Positions 63,790 to 64,000 of a stretch of 64,000 bases of DNA are shown here, piece by piece (the first letter of the stretch is position 1; every line of letters begins with the position of its first letter). The translations under genes were made by a program, and so were the position numbers. The stretch is from Candidatus Cloacimonadales bacterium (GTDB taxonomy: Bacteria > Cloacimonadota > Cloacimonadia > Cloacimonadales > JAFGVF01): positions 448,001-512,000 of the forward strand of contig OY762964.1 in the NCBI GenBank assembly GCA_963667035.1, in the 5' to 3' direction. The notes below the pieces were generated by a model. It saw only the letters and a program-made list of their open reading frames with translations, did no database searches and was not told the origin of the DNA.

Positions 63790-64000
63790 ATACTTCCTCC
63801 CGTTTGTCTTTTGCGCCGGTTATAGCAAAGTCCGGGCACAATCTGTCACATGTTTCACAGTGAATACATTTTTCCGGGTCTTTCACGTACGGTGAACCGT
63901 CTGCCTTCCTAGCAAGACACTTTGTCGGGCAGAATGCCACGCAAATACCGCACTTCTTACACCAATTGTAGTAGATGTAGACCGGGGCGTTAAAATCTCC
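63773..64000 (-). CDS. korD: 4Fe-4S ferredoxin delta subunit (5' end outside the window)
   Basis: Manual translation ...WCKKCGICVAFCP...KCIHCETCDRLCPDFAI...; TAG stop at 63773-63775. Confidence 0.85.
   Translation of the reverse strand, partial: GDFNAPVYIYYNWCKKCGICVAFCPTKCLARKADGSPYVKDPEKCIHCETCDRLCPDFAITGAKDKREEVYGSQN

Overview
AT-rich bacterial chromosome segment, most likely from an anaerobe of Candidatus Cloacimonadota or a related FCB lineage. This is inferred from a PorV-like gene, about ten T9SS-type C-terminal sorting domains (CTDs), C25 peptidases, and ior/kor/mce genes. Housekeeping genes (tRNA-Leu, argF, coaD, pepP, valS, iorAB, korDABC-mce) are interleaved with many secreted CTD proteins. 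The main structure is two matching three-gene loci (23842-34156 and 51817-60121). Each has one large CTD protein followed by two ~800 aa beta-helix paralogs. The four paralogs are mosaics of near-identical and highly variable blocks. Five copies of a ~83 bp three-hairpin REP-like element each sit just after a CTD stop codon, and there are orphan CTD 3' ends in the intergenic DNA. Other notable items: a signal-peptide 2x[4Fe-4S] ferredoxin fused to a CTD; an IS1182 element inserted at the valS terminator with an inverted copy of that hairpin on its far side; several surface-related genes broken by single in-frame stops; and an RloB-like remnant missed by the ORF track.
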